Below are positions 39,313 through 53,653 of a stretch of 64,000 bases of DNA, piece after piece (within the stretch, counting starts at the first letter, position 1; each line of letters starts with the position of its first letter). Location: assembly GCF_009914755.1 (NCBI RefSeq), contig NC_060929.1, one strand, 5' to 3'. The notes under the pieces were generated by a model. The model ran no database searches. It was not told the DNA's origin and saw only the letters and a list, made by a program, of their open reading frames with translations. This DNA is from the human T2T-CHM13v2.0 reference genome, Homo sapiens. The translations under genes were made by a program, and so were the position numbers.

Positions 39313-40624
39313 AGAAGCAATTTTATGCCTCTCCATTTACTATTTCTTCTGTTGGGACACGTTTCTCCCTACCTTGATTATATGACAGACTTTCATTTAT
39401 TCTTCTGAATACAGCTGGGACATTCTTGAAGTTGATGTAATATGACAAAAAATAAAGATTCCTTCTCAAACAGTGGCAGCAACGATGTCATCAAACCAAC
39501 TTGGAAAGAATTGTTTTCTCAGAGAATTAAACCACACGAAATCAATTAAATCAGTGTGCAATGAATTACACAAGTTTTCTGGTTAGAAAGACCTGACAGT
39601 ACCTGCTTGGTAATACTGGCTTATTTAAATAATAGGGATTGTAGCAAACGATGTGGTCATAATGGACTCATGTAAAATGGAGCCTTATTAAGGGTTAGCT
39701 TGTCAGGTGTCATCTAAGTACAAGTGAGTGGGCTTTTTTTAGCCCAAGGATGGAATCTGTTTCTGGTGGAGTTATTCTTGTTATTATGTAAATGTTTTTA
39801 TTGGATATAGGCTTTTTTTTGGGTCCAGATTGCATGTTCAACTTTACCCCAAGTATTTGTGTTGGAAAATTTGAAATTTGCAGAAAAGTTGCAAGAATAC
39901 TGAGCAACTTTATATTTTGTCACATTTTAGTTTGTCCCTTTCTCTTTATACACACATGTATATATTACTTTTGCTGAACTGTTTAAAAGTAAGTTGCAGA
40001 GATCTTGTTCTTTTCCATTGAAATACTTTATCATGTATTTCCCAAGAATAAGGACAATAGCCTACAAAACCAAATATAATGAATTTAACATTAATGTATT
40101 ATTCATATATCGTCAGTTATTCCTATAGTGTCGTTTATATTTGTCTGTTTTAATGAACTGCATTTAATTGTTATGTCTTTTTTGTCTCCTTTAATCTAGA
40201 ACAGTCCTTTTTGCTTTTTATTTCTTTTGTAACATTAACATTTTTGAAGAGTTTAGGATAGTTCTGCAGAATGTGTCTCAATTTGTATTTGATTGTTTTC
40301 TCATAGTTACACTTAGATTAACCATTACTGGCAGAGATATGCCATAGGTCATGAGTTCTCAGTACATAAGGGCACATGACGTCAATTATCCTATTGATGA
40401 TGTACCTAAGTTTGGACTTGGTTAAGGTGGGTTGCACCAGATTTTGCTATTATGAAAAATACCTTTCCCTTTATAATTAATAAATAATAAGTACCCATTG
40501 GTTTTAATAGCCGTTGATTATTTTTACCTGAATCATTTATTTTCTTGTAATGATACTGTAAAATGGTGGTTTTTCCCTCTATTTGTAATTTCGTTGAAAT
40601 TTATTAGTTGGCAATCTTCATTAG

Positions 40625-41017
<393 letters not shown>

Positions 41018-42314
41018 TAATTTTGTTGTTGTTGTTAATAGATAAATTGTCCTTGTGGTTTCTATATTAGTCACTTTCGAGCTTTGTTAAATGGATCAAC
41101 AACCTTATATCCCATCAACTCTTAATAGTTGACTCACTTGAGTTTAAGTTATATATCCTGGAGCAATCATCTTGACTTTTGCTATTTAATGATGTTTCTT
41201 GACAGTTAGCAAGTTATATAGCTTGTTCTGGGTGAAACCCTTCTGCCTTGCATCTTTACCCATTTGTATTCCATTTTTACAGTGATTTATTTCAAGGCAA
41301 TGAGGACAAGGAGGATGCAAAATCAAAAAAGGCATTGGATTTAATGGTTAAAGGTGGTGTATAAGGGACAGGAATGCAGTTTGAGTAAAATGGTGAATAC
41401 TTCTAGATAGGCACAAAAATTTTATTTCCCCTAGTTCACTTTTTAAAAATTAATAAACTTTATTTTTTAGAGCAGTTTTAGCTTTATGGCAAAATTGAGG
41501 GGAAAGTAGAGTTCCCATATTCCACCCCCTCTTTTTCCCACTGTTGACATCCAGCACACTGGCACATTTGTTTCCAGTGGTGAACTTACATTAGCATATT
41601 ATTGTCACCCAGTGTTCATAGTTTACATTAGGGTTTATTCTTGGCATTGTACATTCTATAGGTTTTCACAAATGTTTAATGACATGTATCCCACATTGTG
41701 GTGTCATACAAAATAGTTTCATTGCCTAAAAATCCTGTTTATTTTGTCTGTTCATTCTTCCTTCCCCCTTAGCCCCTGTCAGTCACTAATCTTTTTACTG
41801 TCTCCATAGTTTTACCTTCTCCAGGATGTTGTATAGATGGAATTGTACAGTATGTAGCCTTTTCACATTGGCTTCTTTCACTAAATAACATGCATTTAGG
41901 ATTCATTCTTTCTTTCCATGGTTTGATAGCTAATTTCTTTTTTTGTCTGAATGCACCATAATTTATCCAGTCAGCTAGTGGTGGTTTGTGGATTTTGGCA
42001 ATTATGAATAAAGGTGCTTATAAACATTTGTATGCAGGTTTTTTTGTGGCCAGAAGTTTTCAATTTATTGGGATAAATAACAAGAAGCCTGATTGCTGGA
42101 TAGTATAGTAAAAGTATGTTTTGGAAGAAACTGCCAAACTGTCTTCCATAGTGGCTGCACCATTTTGCATTCCCACCTGTAGTGAGTGAGAGTTCCTGTT
42201 GCTCTACATTCTTGTCAGCATTTGATATTGCCAGATTTTTGGATTTTGGCCATTGTAAAAGGTGTATAGTGATATCTTGTTTGAATATGCTGTTTTCTAA
42301 TCACATATGATGAT

Positions 42315-43031
<717 letters not shown>

Positions 43032-45297
43032 TATGATATTGAACATCTTTTCATGTGTTTATTTGCCATCTTTATATCTTCTTTGGTGAGATGTCTGTTC
43101 AGGTCTTTTGCCCATTTTAAAATCAGGTTTGTTTTCTTATTGTTGTGAAGAGTTCTTTGTATATTTTTGGATAACAGTCCTTTACCAGATGTGTCTTTTG
43201 AAAATATTTTTCTCCCAGTCTATGGTTTGTCTTTTCATTTTCTTGACAGTTGCTTTTTGCAGAGCAGAAGTTTTTAATTTTAATGAAATCCAGCTTATTC
43301 GTTTTTTCTTTCATGGATTGTGACTTTTGTGTCTGAGAAGGCATCACCATAGCCAAGGTCATTAGATTTTCTTTTTTGTTATTGTCTAGGAGTTTTATAG
43401 TTTTGCATTTTAATTTCGGTCTGTGATCCATTTTGAGTTAAATTTTGTGAAGGCTGTAAGGTGAGTGTTTACATTCTTTTTTTTTTTTTTTTTGTCATGT
43501 GGATGTCTAGTTGTGCCAGCACTGTTTGTTAAAAAGTCTGTCTTTGATCCATACCTTTGCTCTTTTTTCAAAGATCAATTGATTATATTTATTTGGGTCT
43601 GTTTCTGGGTTTCCTGTTCTGTTCCATTGATTTATTTGTCCTTTTCTGAAATACCACACTATCTTGGTTACTATAGCATTATAATAAGTCTAGTAGTGTC
43701 AATCCCTCCGACTTTTTCTTTCAATGTTATGTTGGCTATTCTAGGTCTTTTACCTCTCCATAAAAACTTTAGAATCCGTTTGTTGATATCCACAAAATAA
43801 TTGCTGGGATATTGATTGGAATTGTGCCAAATCTGTACGTCAAGTTGGGAAGAACAGACATGTTGATATTGAGTCTTATTCATGAACTTGGAGTATCTCT
43901 GCATTTATTTAGTTCTTTGTTATCTTCCATCATAGTTTTGTAGTTTTTCTTTTATAGATCCTGTACATATTTTGTTAGAATTATACCTAAGTATTTCATT
44001 TTTTGGTTGCTAATGTAAATGGTAATGTGTTTTAAGTTTCTTTTGTACAAACAGGAAAGCCAGTGGCTTTCCTTGTATTCTGCAACCTTGCTTGTTAGTT
44101 CCATGAGGTTTTTTGTCAGTTCTTTAGAATTTTCTACCTAGACAATCCTGTCATCTGAGAACAAAGACAGTATTATTTCTTCTTTTCCAATCAGTATACC
44201 TTTTTCCTTTTTCTGTTTTACTGCATTAGCTAGGACTTTGAGTATGATTTTGAAAAACAGTGGTAAGAGGAGGTGTCCTTGCATTTTTCCCCATCTTGGT
44301 GGGAAAGCTTTGACATTCTCACCATTAAGTATGGTGTTAGCTGTAGATTTTTTGGTAGATTTTTTTTTTTTATCAAGTTGAGGAAGTTCCCTTCTATTCC
44401 TAATTTGCTCAGCGTTTTAGTCATGATTGGGTATTGGATACCGTCAAATGGATTTTCTGCATCTATTAATATGATCATGTGATTTTTCTTCACCCTGACG
44501 TGATTGATTACATTGATTTTTAAAAATGTTGAGCCAGTCTTGGTAAATACTGCTTGATCATGGTATGTAAGTACATTGTTGGATTTAATTTGCTAATATT
44601 TTGTTGAGGATGTTCGCATCTATGTTCATAAGAGATTGGTCTGTAGTTTTCTTTTCTTGTAATGTCTTTGTCTGGTTTTGGTATTAGGTTAGTATTGTCC
44701 TCACAGAATGACTTAGGAAGTAACTGCTATGTCTCTGAAAGAGACTGTAGAGAATTGGTATTCTTTTCTTTATATGTTTATTAGAATTCACCAGTGAACC
44801 CATCTGGATTTGGTTCCCTCTGTTTCTGAAAGTTAGTTATTGATTCAATTTTTTTAATAGATGTAGGTCTATTCAAGATTTTTTTTTCTACTGTGAGTTT
44901 TGGCAGATTATGTTTTTTAAGTAGTTGCTCCATTTCATTTAGCTTTGCAAATTTGTGGGCGTAGATTTATTTACAATATTAGTTTATTATCTTTTTAATG
45001 ACTTTGGGGTCAGTAGCGATTAGTAAAGATCTTCTCTTTCAGTTCTGATATTAGTAATTTGTCTTCTGTCTTTTTTTGTAAGTCTGGCTAGAGGCTTATC
45101 AGTTTTATTGATTTTTTCAGAAAAGTTACTTTTGGGTTTGTTAATTTACTCTATTGATTTCCTGTTATCAATTCCATTGATTTTTGCTGTAATTTCTATA
45201 TTTCTCTTTATCTGCTTACTTTGGAGTTAATTTGCTTTTCTTTCTTGCTTTCTATGATGAAGTTTAGATTATTATTATTATATACAAATTTTATTTA

Positions 45298-45582
45298 AGA
45301 GACAGGGTCTCACTATGTGGCTCAAGCTGGAGTGCAGTGGCTATTCCCAGGTGCAATCCCACTACTGATCTGTGTTTTGACCTGCTCTGTTTCCAACCTG
45401 GGTGGTTCACCCCTCCTTAGGCAACCTGGTGGTGTCCTGTTCCCAGGGGTGTTGATACCAAACTAATCGTGGAGGTTTACTGGGCATAATGTACTACAGT
45501 CCAGAACTTCTGGATTCTATCCATTTTTCTGCCTTCACCTCCCAGGTAACTGGGACTACAAGTGTGTGCCAGTGCTCCTAGC
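45298..45582 (-). pseudogene. Full-length 7SL (SRP RNA) retropseudogene
   Basis: Reverse complement contains the S-domain ACCACCAGGTTGCCTAAGGAGGGGTGAACC...GGAAACAGAGCAGGTCAAAAC; degenerate TSD TGAAGTTTAGATTA / TGAAGCTCTGATTA. Confidence 0.93.
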
Positions 45583-48500
45583 TGAAGCTCTGATTACTGA
45601 TTTTTTATCTTTCTTACATGTGCATTCAAACTATAAGTTTTCCTCCAAGCACTGCTTTTGCTGCATCCCAGAAGTGTTAAATTGTATTTTCATTTTAATT
45701 TAAAGTATTTTAAAATTGCTCTTCACATTTCTCTTTGATTAATGTGTTTATTCAGAAGTACTTTGGAATTTTCCTATGTTTTGTTATTTATTTCTAGTTT
45801 AATTCTGTGGTCTGATAGTAGACATTATATGATTTCTATACTTATAAATTTGTTAAGGTGTGTTATTACCCAGAATGTGGTCTATGTTGGTAAATATTTC
45901 ATTCGAGCTTGGAGAGAATGTGCAGTCTGCTGTTGTTGGATGAAGTAGTCTATAGATGTCAGTTATATCCAGTTAATTGAAAGTGCTGCTGAGTTAAACT
46001 ATATCTTTACTGATTTATTGCTGGCTGGATCTGCCCATTCCTGATAGAGCCATGTTGAAATCTCAACTCTAATAGTGCATTTATGTATTTCCTCTTGAAG
46101 TTCTGGTTTTTTTTTATTTTTACTCTTCATTGTTAGGCATATATATATTAAGGATCATTGGGTCTTCTTGAGGTATTGATCCCTTTATCATTACTTAATG
46201 CCTCTCTTTATCCCTGGTAACTTTCCATGCTCTGAAGTTGGCTCCGTCTGAAATTAATATAGCTGCTCCCACTTTCTTCTGATTAGCGTTAGCGTGGTGT
46301 ATCTTTCTCCATCCCTTTGCTTTTAATCTGTATGTGTTTTTATATTTAAAATGAGTTTCTTGTTCATATAGTAGGATCTTGTTTTTTGGTCTACTTTGAC
46401 AGTGTCTTTTAACTGGTATATTAGACTTGATGTTTAAAGTGGTTATTGATATAGTTAAATTAATATTCACCATATTTCTTACGATTTTCTATTTGTTGCC
46501 CTGTTTCTTTGTAACTTTTTGTTATGCACTTTTTCTGTCTTTTGTGATTTAATTATTTTATATGATTTCATTTTTCTCTCATTTTTGAGCACACCAGTTA
46601 TATATATATATTTATTTTATTTTATTTATTTATTTATTTTTTTGAGACACTGTATCACCCAGGCTGGAGTACAGTGGCGTGATGTTGTCTCACTGCTCCA
46701 TCTCCCTGGCTCAAGTGATCCTCCCACCTCAGCCTCTTAAGTAGCTGGAACGATAGATGCACACCACCATGCCTGGCTAGTTACTGTTTGTGCTTTTTTT
46801 TGTAGAGATAGGGTTTTGCCATGTTGCCCAGGCCGGTCTCAAATTCCTGGGCTAAAGCAATCCACTCACCTTGGCCTCCCAAAGTGCTGGGATTATAGGC
46901 ATGAGCCACCACGCCTGTCCTCTAGTTTTGGTTTTTTTTTTTTGAGATGGAGTCTTGCTCTGTCATCCAGGCTGGAATGCAGTGTTACCATCTCTGCTCA
47001 CAGCAACCTCCACCTTCCATATTCAAGCAGTTCTCCTGCCTCAGCCTCTGGGGTAGCTGGGATTACAGGCGTGCGCCACCACGCCCAGCTAATTTTTGTG
47101 TTTTTAGTAGAGATGGAGTTTTGCCATGTTGGCCAGGCTGGTGTTGAATTCCTGACCTCGAGTGATCTGCCTGCCTTGGCCTCCCAAAGTGTTGGGATTA
47201 CAGGTGTGAGCCACTACAACCAGCCTTTTTTTTTTTCTTTTTTTTCCTAACTTAAGTGTTTGCCCTGGAGCTTGCAATATACATTTACAGTTTTCCAAGC
47301 ACATTGTCAAATAGTACTGTATTGCTTCATGGGTTGTGTAAATACTTTATAATAACAAAATATTCCTGTTTCCTTGCTTCTGTCCTTTTCTATCTTGTCA
47401 TTCATTTCACTTATACATAGGCATACGCAAGCAGATACATCATTGCTATTATTTTGAACTGTTACCTTTTAGCTGAATTAAAAATAAGAAAAATAAAAGT
47501 TTTTATTTTGCCTTCACTTGTTCTCTCATGTTCTTCCTGAGTTTCTGACCTATATCATTATCCTCTTTCATGAAATTATTTTAATGTGTCTTGCAAGGCA
47601 GGTCTACTGGCAACACAAGTCTTCAATTTTTGTTTGTCTGAGAATGTCTTTATGTTTCTTTCACTCTAGAAGGATAGTTTCACATGGTATAAATTTTTAG
47701 GTTCATGTTTTTTTTCTCTCAACACTTTAGTATTTCATTCTACTCTCCTGTTTGCATTGTTTCTAAGGAGAAGCTGGTCTTCTGTAGGCAAGGTGTTTTT
47801 TGCCTCTGGTTTCTTTCAAGATTTTTTTCTTTGCTTTTGATTTTCTGAAGCTTGAATATGATATGCTTAGATTTTTAAAAATTATTTTTAGGTTTTTAGG
47901 GGCCTCAGTCTTAATGTTATCTGAGTTTTATGGATCTGTGGTTTGGTGTCTGATATGAACTTGGAAATTCTTAGTCATTATTGTTTCCTTGTGTTACCAG
48001 TGTATTTAAGTTACACCTTTTTTAGTTTCCTACAGTTCTTGAATGTTCTACTCTTTCTTTTTCCTCTCTTTTTTTTCTTTGCTTTTCAGTTTTGGAAGTA
48101 GTTTCTGTTGTTAGACCCTTAAGCTCAGAGATGCTTTCCTTAGCTATGTTCAGTCTACTAATGAAGCCATTAAAGACATTCTTCATTTCTGTTATGTTGC
48201 TTTTGATTTCTAACATTTCTTTTTATCCTTTCTTAGAATTTCCGTTTCTCTGCTTACATTGTCTATGTATTTGCATATTGTCTACCTTTTTCATAAAGCA
48301 CCTAGCATATTAATCATAGTTTTAAAAAATTCCCAGTCTGGTAACTCCAGAATTCCTGACATGTCTGTTTTTGATACTTGCTCTGTCTCTTCAAGCTGTT
48401 TTTTGCCTTTTATTATGTCTTGTAATTTTTTATTGAAAGGTATACATGATGTACTAGGTAAAAGGAACTGCTGCAAATAGGCCTTTAGTGATGTAGTTAT

Positions 48501-49233
48501 AAGGGAGGCATTGTGTAGTTCTAGTATTAGGTCCCAGTTTTTTGGTGAACCTGTGCTCCTGGACTGTGAACATAACCATTGTTTCTCAGTCCCCCACCCT
48601 TATCCCTGTCACCTTTAGGTGGGACAGAATGGTTAGAAAGGGCTGGAATTTGGTATTTCCCTTCCCTCTTGTGAAAGGCTGAAGTGAACTGGAGTTGTTT
48701 ACAGTACTTCTTTACCCACAGGTAGGTTAGGCTCTGGTAAATTAGTTTCTGTTCAAGGCAGGCCTTGTTAAGAACTGATTGCTCTGGCGTATTTCAAAAT
48801 TGTTCTTTTTTCCTTCCCCCTACCAGAAGCACAAAGGGATTTTTCTCTGATATTTACTGTAAGGGCATAGTAGAGCTCCTGGAGGTAAAATTCACAAGAG
48901 TGTCAGGGCCTCACATGACTGGATCCTCCTGGAGTTTTTAATTGTCATTTGTTGGCACTGAGTCTCCAGCAATTTGTCATTATAGTTGAGGCTTTCTTAC
49001 CCTGGCACTGGTTCCCAAGGAAGTTTCTGCTTGTGGGTTTCTGCTCTGATGACTTGAGATTTTTCTCTATCTGCCTACCTGTCTCTCAATTTTGGGGAAC
49101 CGTGGTTTGCCCTGTGACCTCACTTCTCTGAAGGATCTAACTACAGCTATTGGTTTTTCAGTTTGCTTAGCTTTTTACTTGTTAGGATGGAGTGGTGACT
49201 TTTAATCTTCTTACATGTAAAGAAGGAACAGGA

Positions 49234-49540
49234 GGCTGGGCACGGTGGCTCACACCTGTAATCCCAGCACTTTGGGAGGCCGAGGCGGGTGGATCACGAG
49301 GTCAGGAGATCGAGACCATCCTGGCTAACATGGTGAAACCCTGTCTCTACTAAAAATACAAAAAATTAGCCGGGCATGGTGGCGGGTGCCTGTAGTCCCA
49401 GCTACTCGGGAGGCTGAGGCAGGAGAATGGTGTGAGCCAGGGAGGCGGAGCTTGCAGTGAGCCTAGATCGTACATGCCACTGCACTCCAGCCTGGACGAC
49501 AGAGCGAGACTCTGTCTCAAAAAAAAAAAAAAAAAGAAGA
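49234..49540 (+). mobile_element. AluY-like element
   Basis: GATCGAGACCATCCTGGCTAAC diagnostic; TSD GAAGGAACAGGA. Confidence 0.93.
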
Positions 49541-50109
49541 AGAAACAGGAAGGAACAGGAAACTGACAGGCAGCAGCTTAAAGCCTGTTTAAAGGTTACA
49601 AGTTTTAAAGGGGTTAAAAAGAGATTGGTTTGTGGGAATTCGGAGGCTACATCCTTTCAGAGAATGAGTAGTTAGAGGGGATAGCAAATTAAAGGGAGTA
49701 GTTTTTTCAGAATAGCAAAAGATAATATTTGATAATGTTTTTTTATTCTTAATAGTAAATATTTAGCTATTTTATAAATCAATCATTGAGGTTGGATTTT
49801 TTGTTTTTACCCTAGTGTATTTGAAAGTAAATGATGCTTTATTTTCAATATTTGCTGATGTATTTAATCAAAACCTAGAGAATTGAGATAGACATTGTAT
49901 CAGAAGAAAGCAGTTTTGAACAAAGAGAGCGAATTACTAGCCAGTTAACAAGTGTCAGCTGTTTTATAAGCATGGCATAACACTTCCTAAATTGTGCACT
50001 GCATTGTTCAGTTAAAGGAATTGGCGTTCTGTGACTTTTTGACAGTTAAATAATTTGAGAACTTCTGCATTTTGGGCCTGTGCTCTTGGAAATCCAGAAT
50101 GTACATTAA

Positions 50110-50236
50110 CTTATTTATGCCTAGTGTTCCATTAATGGAACGCTAAGCATCTGGGAGTTCTTTATATCCTACTGCTCAAGGTCATCGCCAAGGTCTGATT
50201 TTTCACCCTCAAAAAATTGCAACCTTAGACATAAAT
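50110..50236 (+). mobile_element. MER85 piggyBac-family MITE
   Basis: TTAA at 50106-50109, then ATTTATGCCTAGTGTTCCATTAATGGAACGCTAAGC...CAAGGTCATCGCCAAGGTCTGATTTTTCA...TTGCAACC...CATAAAT. Confidence 0.9.
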
Positions 50237-50629
50237 ACAGGAGTCCTATGAGTCATTAATATACTAAACAAACTTTCTTGTTTAACTCTGCTTTTTCTAA
50301 ACTTACATGCTTAGTGATCATTCTTTGCAGGGCGTGTTTTGAGAAACATAGTAATAGCAAGTAGTTAAGTTTCTATCTACCTGGTGTTCACAGTGGGAGT
50401 AGTATAGAGGAAGAACCCAAGTTTAGCCTTTGGAAAACCTGAGTTTGTGGTTTTTAATGCTTTTAGTGAATCACTATATTGGAAAAGTTAATTTAAGTTC
50501 CTCATGATTGTTTCCTTTTGTAAAATATAGTAACATTTCTCCATTTCTAATTCACAGTGATGCAGATGTTTTATAGTTACCAAAAAGGCTATAATAAAGT
50601 ACTTACATATAAGGTTTGTATATGGTTCT

Positions 50630-50789
50630 CTTTTCTTTTTTATTGTCTATATGTAAGGTACACAACATAATGTTTTGATATGCATATATGTAGTGAAGTA
50701 ATTACTACAGTCAAGTAAATTAACATATCCCGCATCTCCCATAGTTAACCGTTTGTGTGTGTGTGTGTGTGTGTGTGGTAAGAGTGCCT
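50630..50789 (-). mobile_element. L1MA-type extreme 3' end fused to U6
   Basis: T-tail plus AAGGTACACAACATAATGTTTTGATAT...AATTAACATATCC; shares the TSD with U6. Confidence 0.85.
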
Positions 50790-50901
50790 AAAAAATATGG
50801 AATGCTTCACAAATTTGCATGTCATCCTTGAGCAGGGGTCATATTGATCTTTTCTCTATTATCATCCCAATTTTTAGTATATGTGCTGCAGAAGTGAGTA
50901 C
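50790..50901 (-). pseudogene. Full-length U6 snRNA retrocopy, 5' part of a U6-L1 chimera
   Basis: Reverse complement GTACTCACTTCTGCAGCACATATACTAAAAATTGG...CAAGGATGACATGCAAATTTGTGAAGCATTCCATATTTT matches U6. Confidence 0.95.
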
Positions 50902-51187
50902 TGTATATGGTTCTTACAAAGAAGGGGAACGTTTGACACCTGCTTTCTGGTGGTAGGTGTGATGTTGATGTGAATTGTTCCAGGAGTCAGAAACCTATAT
51001 AGATGTTGAAAGAATAAATCAGTATGCAAGGGAATGGTGTGTTAACATTATGTAGAGGCAACAGTGCTAAGGAGTTATACTATTTTCTTATAATTTTTTT
51101 CCTTTGGACACTATAATATGTGGTGAAGGGATGACCAATAAAACAAGAATAATAGATATTTAGTGTTGCTTATTAAGAGTTAAGCGG

Positions 51188-51625
51188 AGGGCTGGGTGCA
51201 GTTGGCTCATGCCTGTAATCCCAGCACTTTGAGGGGCCAAAGGAGAGAGGATTGCATGAGCCCGGGAGTTAGAGACCAAACCGAGCAACATAGGGAGACC
51301 CTGTCTCTACAAAAAATAAAAATAAAAAGTTTAGCAGGGCATGGTGGTAGCACACTTGTGGTCCCAGCTACTTGGGAGGCTGGGGTAGGAAGTTCACGTG
51401 AGCCCAAGTGGTTGAGCTTGCAGTGAGTTCTGATCTTGCCACTGCACTCTCACTCGCTTGGATGACCAAGCGAGATATGTCTCATAAGCTGGGCAGGGTG
51501 GCCTCTGCGTGTAATCCTAGCTACTTGGGAGGCTGAGGTGGGAGAACTGCTTGAGGCCAGGAATTTGAGACCGCCCTTAACAACCTAACAAGACCCTGTC
51601 TCAAAAAAATATTAAAATAAAAAGA
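51188..51625 (+). mobile_element. AluJ directly followed by a monomeric FLAM-like Alu
   Basis: Dimeric Alu to ~51485, then GCTGGGCAGGGTGG...GACCCTGTCTCAAAA. Confidence 0.85.
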
Positions 51626-52699
51626 GTTAGATGGATTACAAGAAAGCTTCCCTAGCTGGTAAGTTTATCCTGCTTACTAATGACAGAAATATAGTTGAAA
51701 CATGATAGAATAAAGTTTTGGATGAAATCTTATGCAATTATTTATAAGGTAATATCTACAATTTAATTATTTTGTTGTAAGGATGTTAAAATGAGTTTTA
51801 GAATAATGCATACTATTAGAAGAGCTTTTTATATGAAAAGAAAATATTCAGATTTTTTGTTATTGAAAAAGTTTAAAAGATGATTATATGATTAAAATTT
51901 ACATAGTTAACGAACAGAGAAAATGAAAAATGGTGACAAAATCCTGAGAGGTATAAAACTACATATGCCAAAGAGGCAGATGCATGAATTTCTGTCCTGT
52001 CTCTGACCTTAGTGGGCATGAGGCATTAGTCACGGAAAGGCAGAAAAGATGAGGCAGGGTTAGGTCCTGGCTGTGAGTCACCCATTGACTCAGCTGTTAG
52101 TACCAACCACTTAGTCTTAGGCTGCTGAATGGGACATAAGTGAATTTTCAAGTTACCACTGTTGTGGCCTCTACAAACATTTGGCAGTATTGGGGGGTTA
52201 AGGGAGATTAAGTCCAAGACAATATAACAGATGAGGGAGAGGGTAACAGCTGGACAACACATTGTTATAAAGTGTTTAGTGTAGATATAATTTTGACTGT
52301 CTAATGTTTTATTTATGTATATGTATAATTACATATAATATATATGCACATACTAATTTTAAAGCATGCTCCCTTTAGTGTTGAAATGAAAGTTTTAGTA
52401 TAGAGTTTTTCTGTATTTAGAATTACTTTTTTTCCCTTGGGTATACTTTTTCTTGAAGTATAACACATATAAAGCATAGTATCTTCAGTGTTCAGCACAA
52501 TGAATTTTAACAAGTGGATGTACCTGTGTAATCCATACTTAAAGAACCCCAGAATATTATCAGCATCTTAGATGTCTTTTTGTGCCTACTTTCTGCCTAA
52601 TACACACACCACCTCTTCCTGAAAAACAAAATTCTAACTTCTTGTATCCTAGATTATTTCTGACTTTTTGAGTTTTATATAATAAAATTGAATCACATA

Positions 52700-52909
52700 C
52701 AGGTTGAGTTTCCCTTAATGCTTAGGACCAGAAGTGTTTCAGATTTCGTATTTTTGGGGGGCTTTATTTGCATTATACCAGTTGAGCATCCTTAATCTGA
52801 AATCCAGATATTCCAATGAGCATTTCCTTTGTGTGTCATGGTGGTCCTCAAAGTTTCAGATTTTGGAGCATTTTGGATTTCAATTTTCAGATTAGGGATA
52901 CTCAACCTT
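52700..52909. mobile_element. Tigger4a (MER46/Zombi) MITE
   Basis: TA|CAGGTTGAGTTTCCCT ... AGGGATACTCAACCTT|TA. Confidence 0.9.
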
Positions 52910-53653
52910 TACTATCTATTCTTTTGTGTGTTACTTTGTTATGTTTATGAGATTTATTCATGTTGTTGCATGTGACACTATTTCACTCATCTCCATTGCT
53001 TGTGTTACATTGTGACTATACCAACAGTGTATTATCCTTTTCTACTAGTGATGGACATGACATTTAGGGTGTGTCTAGTTTGACTATTACAGATAGCATT
53101 GCTATGAATTTTCTGATAATGACTTTTAATGAACATGTATAGACATTTATGTTATACACCTAGGATTAGAATTGCTGGGTCATAGGATGTTCATATAATA
53201 AGCTTGGTAGGTATTGCTGAATAGTTTTGCAAAGTGTTTGTACCCATTTAAATTCTGAGTAGCAACATGTGAGAATTTCAGTTGCTCTACATTCTTGTGA
53301 ACATTTAGTATTGTTTACCCTTTTCATTGTAGTGATGTAGGTGGGTTGGTGGTGTAATAGCTCTTGTGGTTTTAATTTTTATTTTCTTGATGTGATGACT
53401 AATGGAAGTGTGTATTTTTTCATATGTTCATTGGTCATTTCTATAACCTCTTTCATGAAGAGGTTATAGTTCAAGTCTTCAAGTCTTCTGTCCAGTTTTC
53501 TATTGGTTTTTCTTTTTTTGTATTTATTTCTGGTTATTCTCTGTCTTGGCTATGAGTCTTTTGATGAGTATATATCTTATAGAAATCTTCAATTTCGCAC
53601 TGTTGTTTTTTTAACAGAAGTTAATTTTATCAGTTTTTTCTCTCTTTGTGGTC

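Noticed and set aside
37864-39336. 490-aa, 473-aa and other long ORFs
   Set aside because: They arise from a simple tandem repeat lacking stop codons; low-complexity Y/I/G/V/M text in several frames.
43123-48476. RT, endonuclease and ORF1-like peptides
   Set aside because: Frameshifted remnants of a dead L1, not a functional or novel retroelement system.
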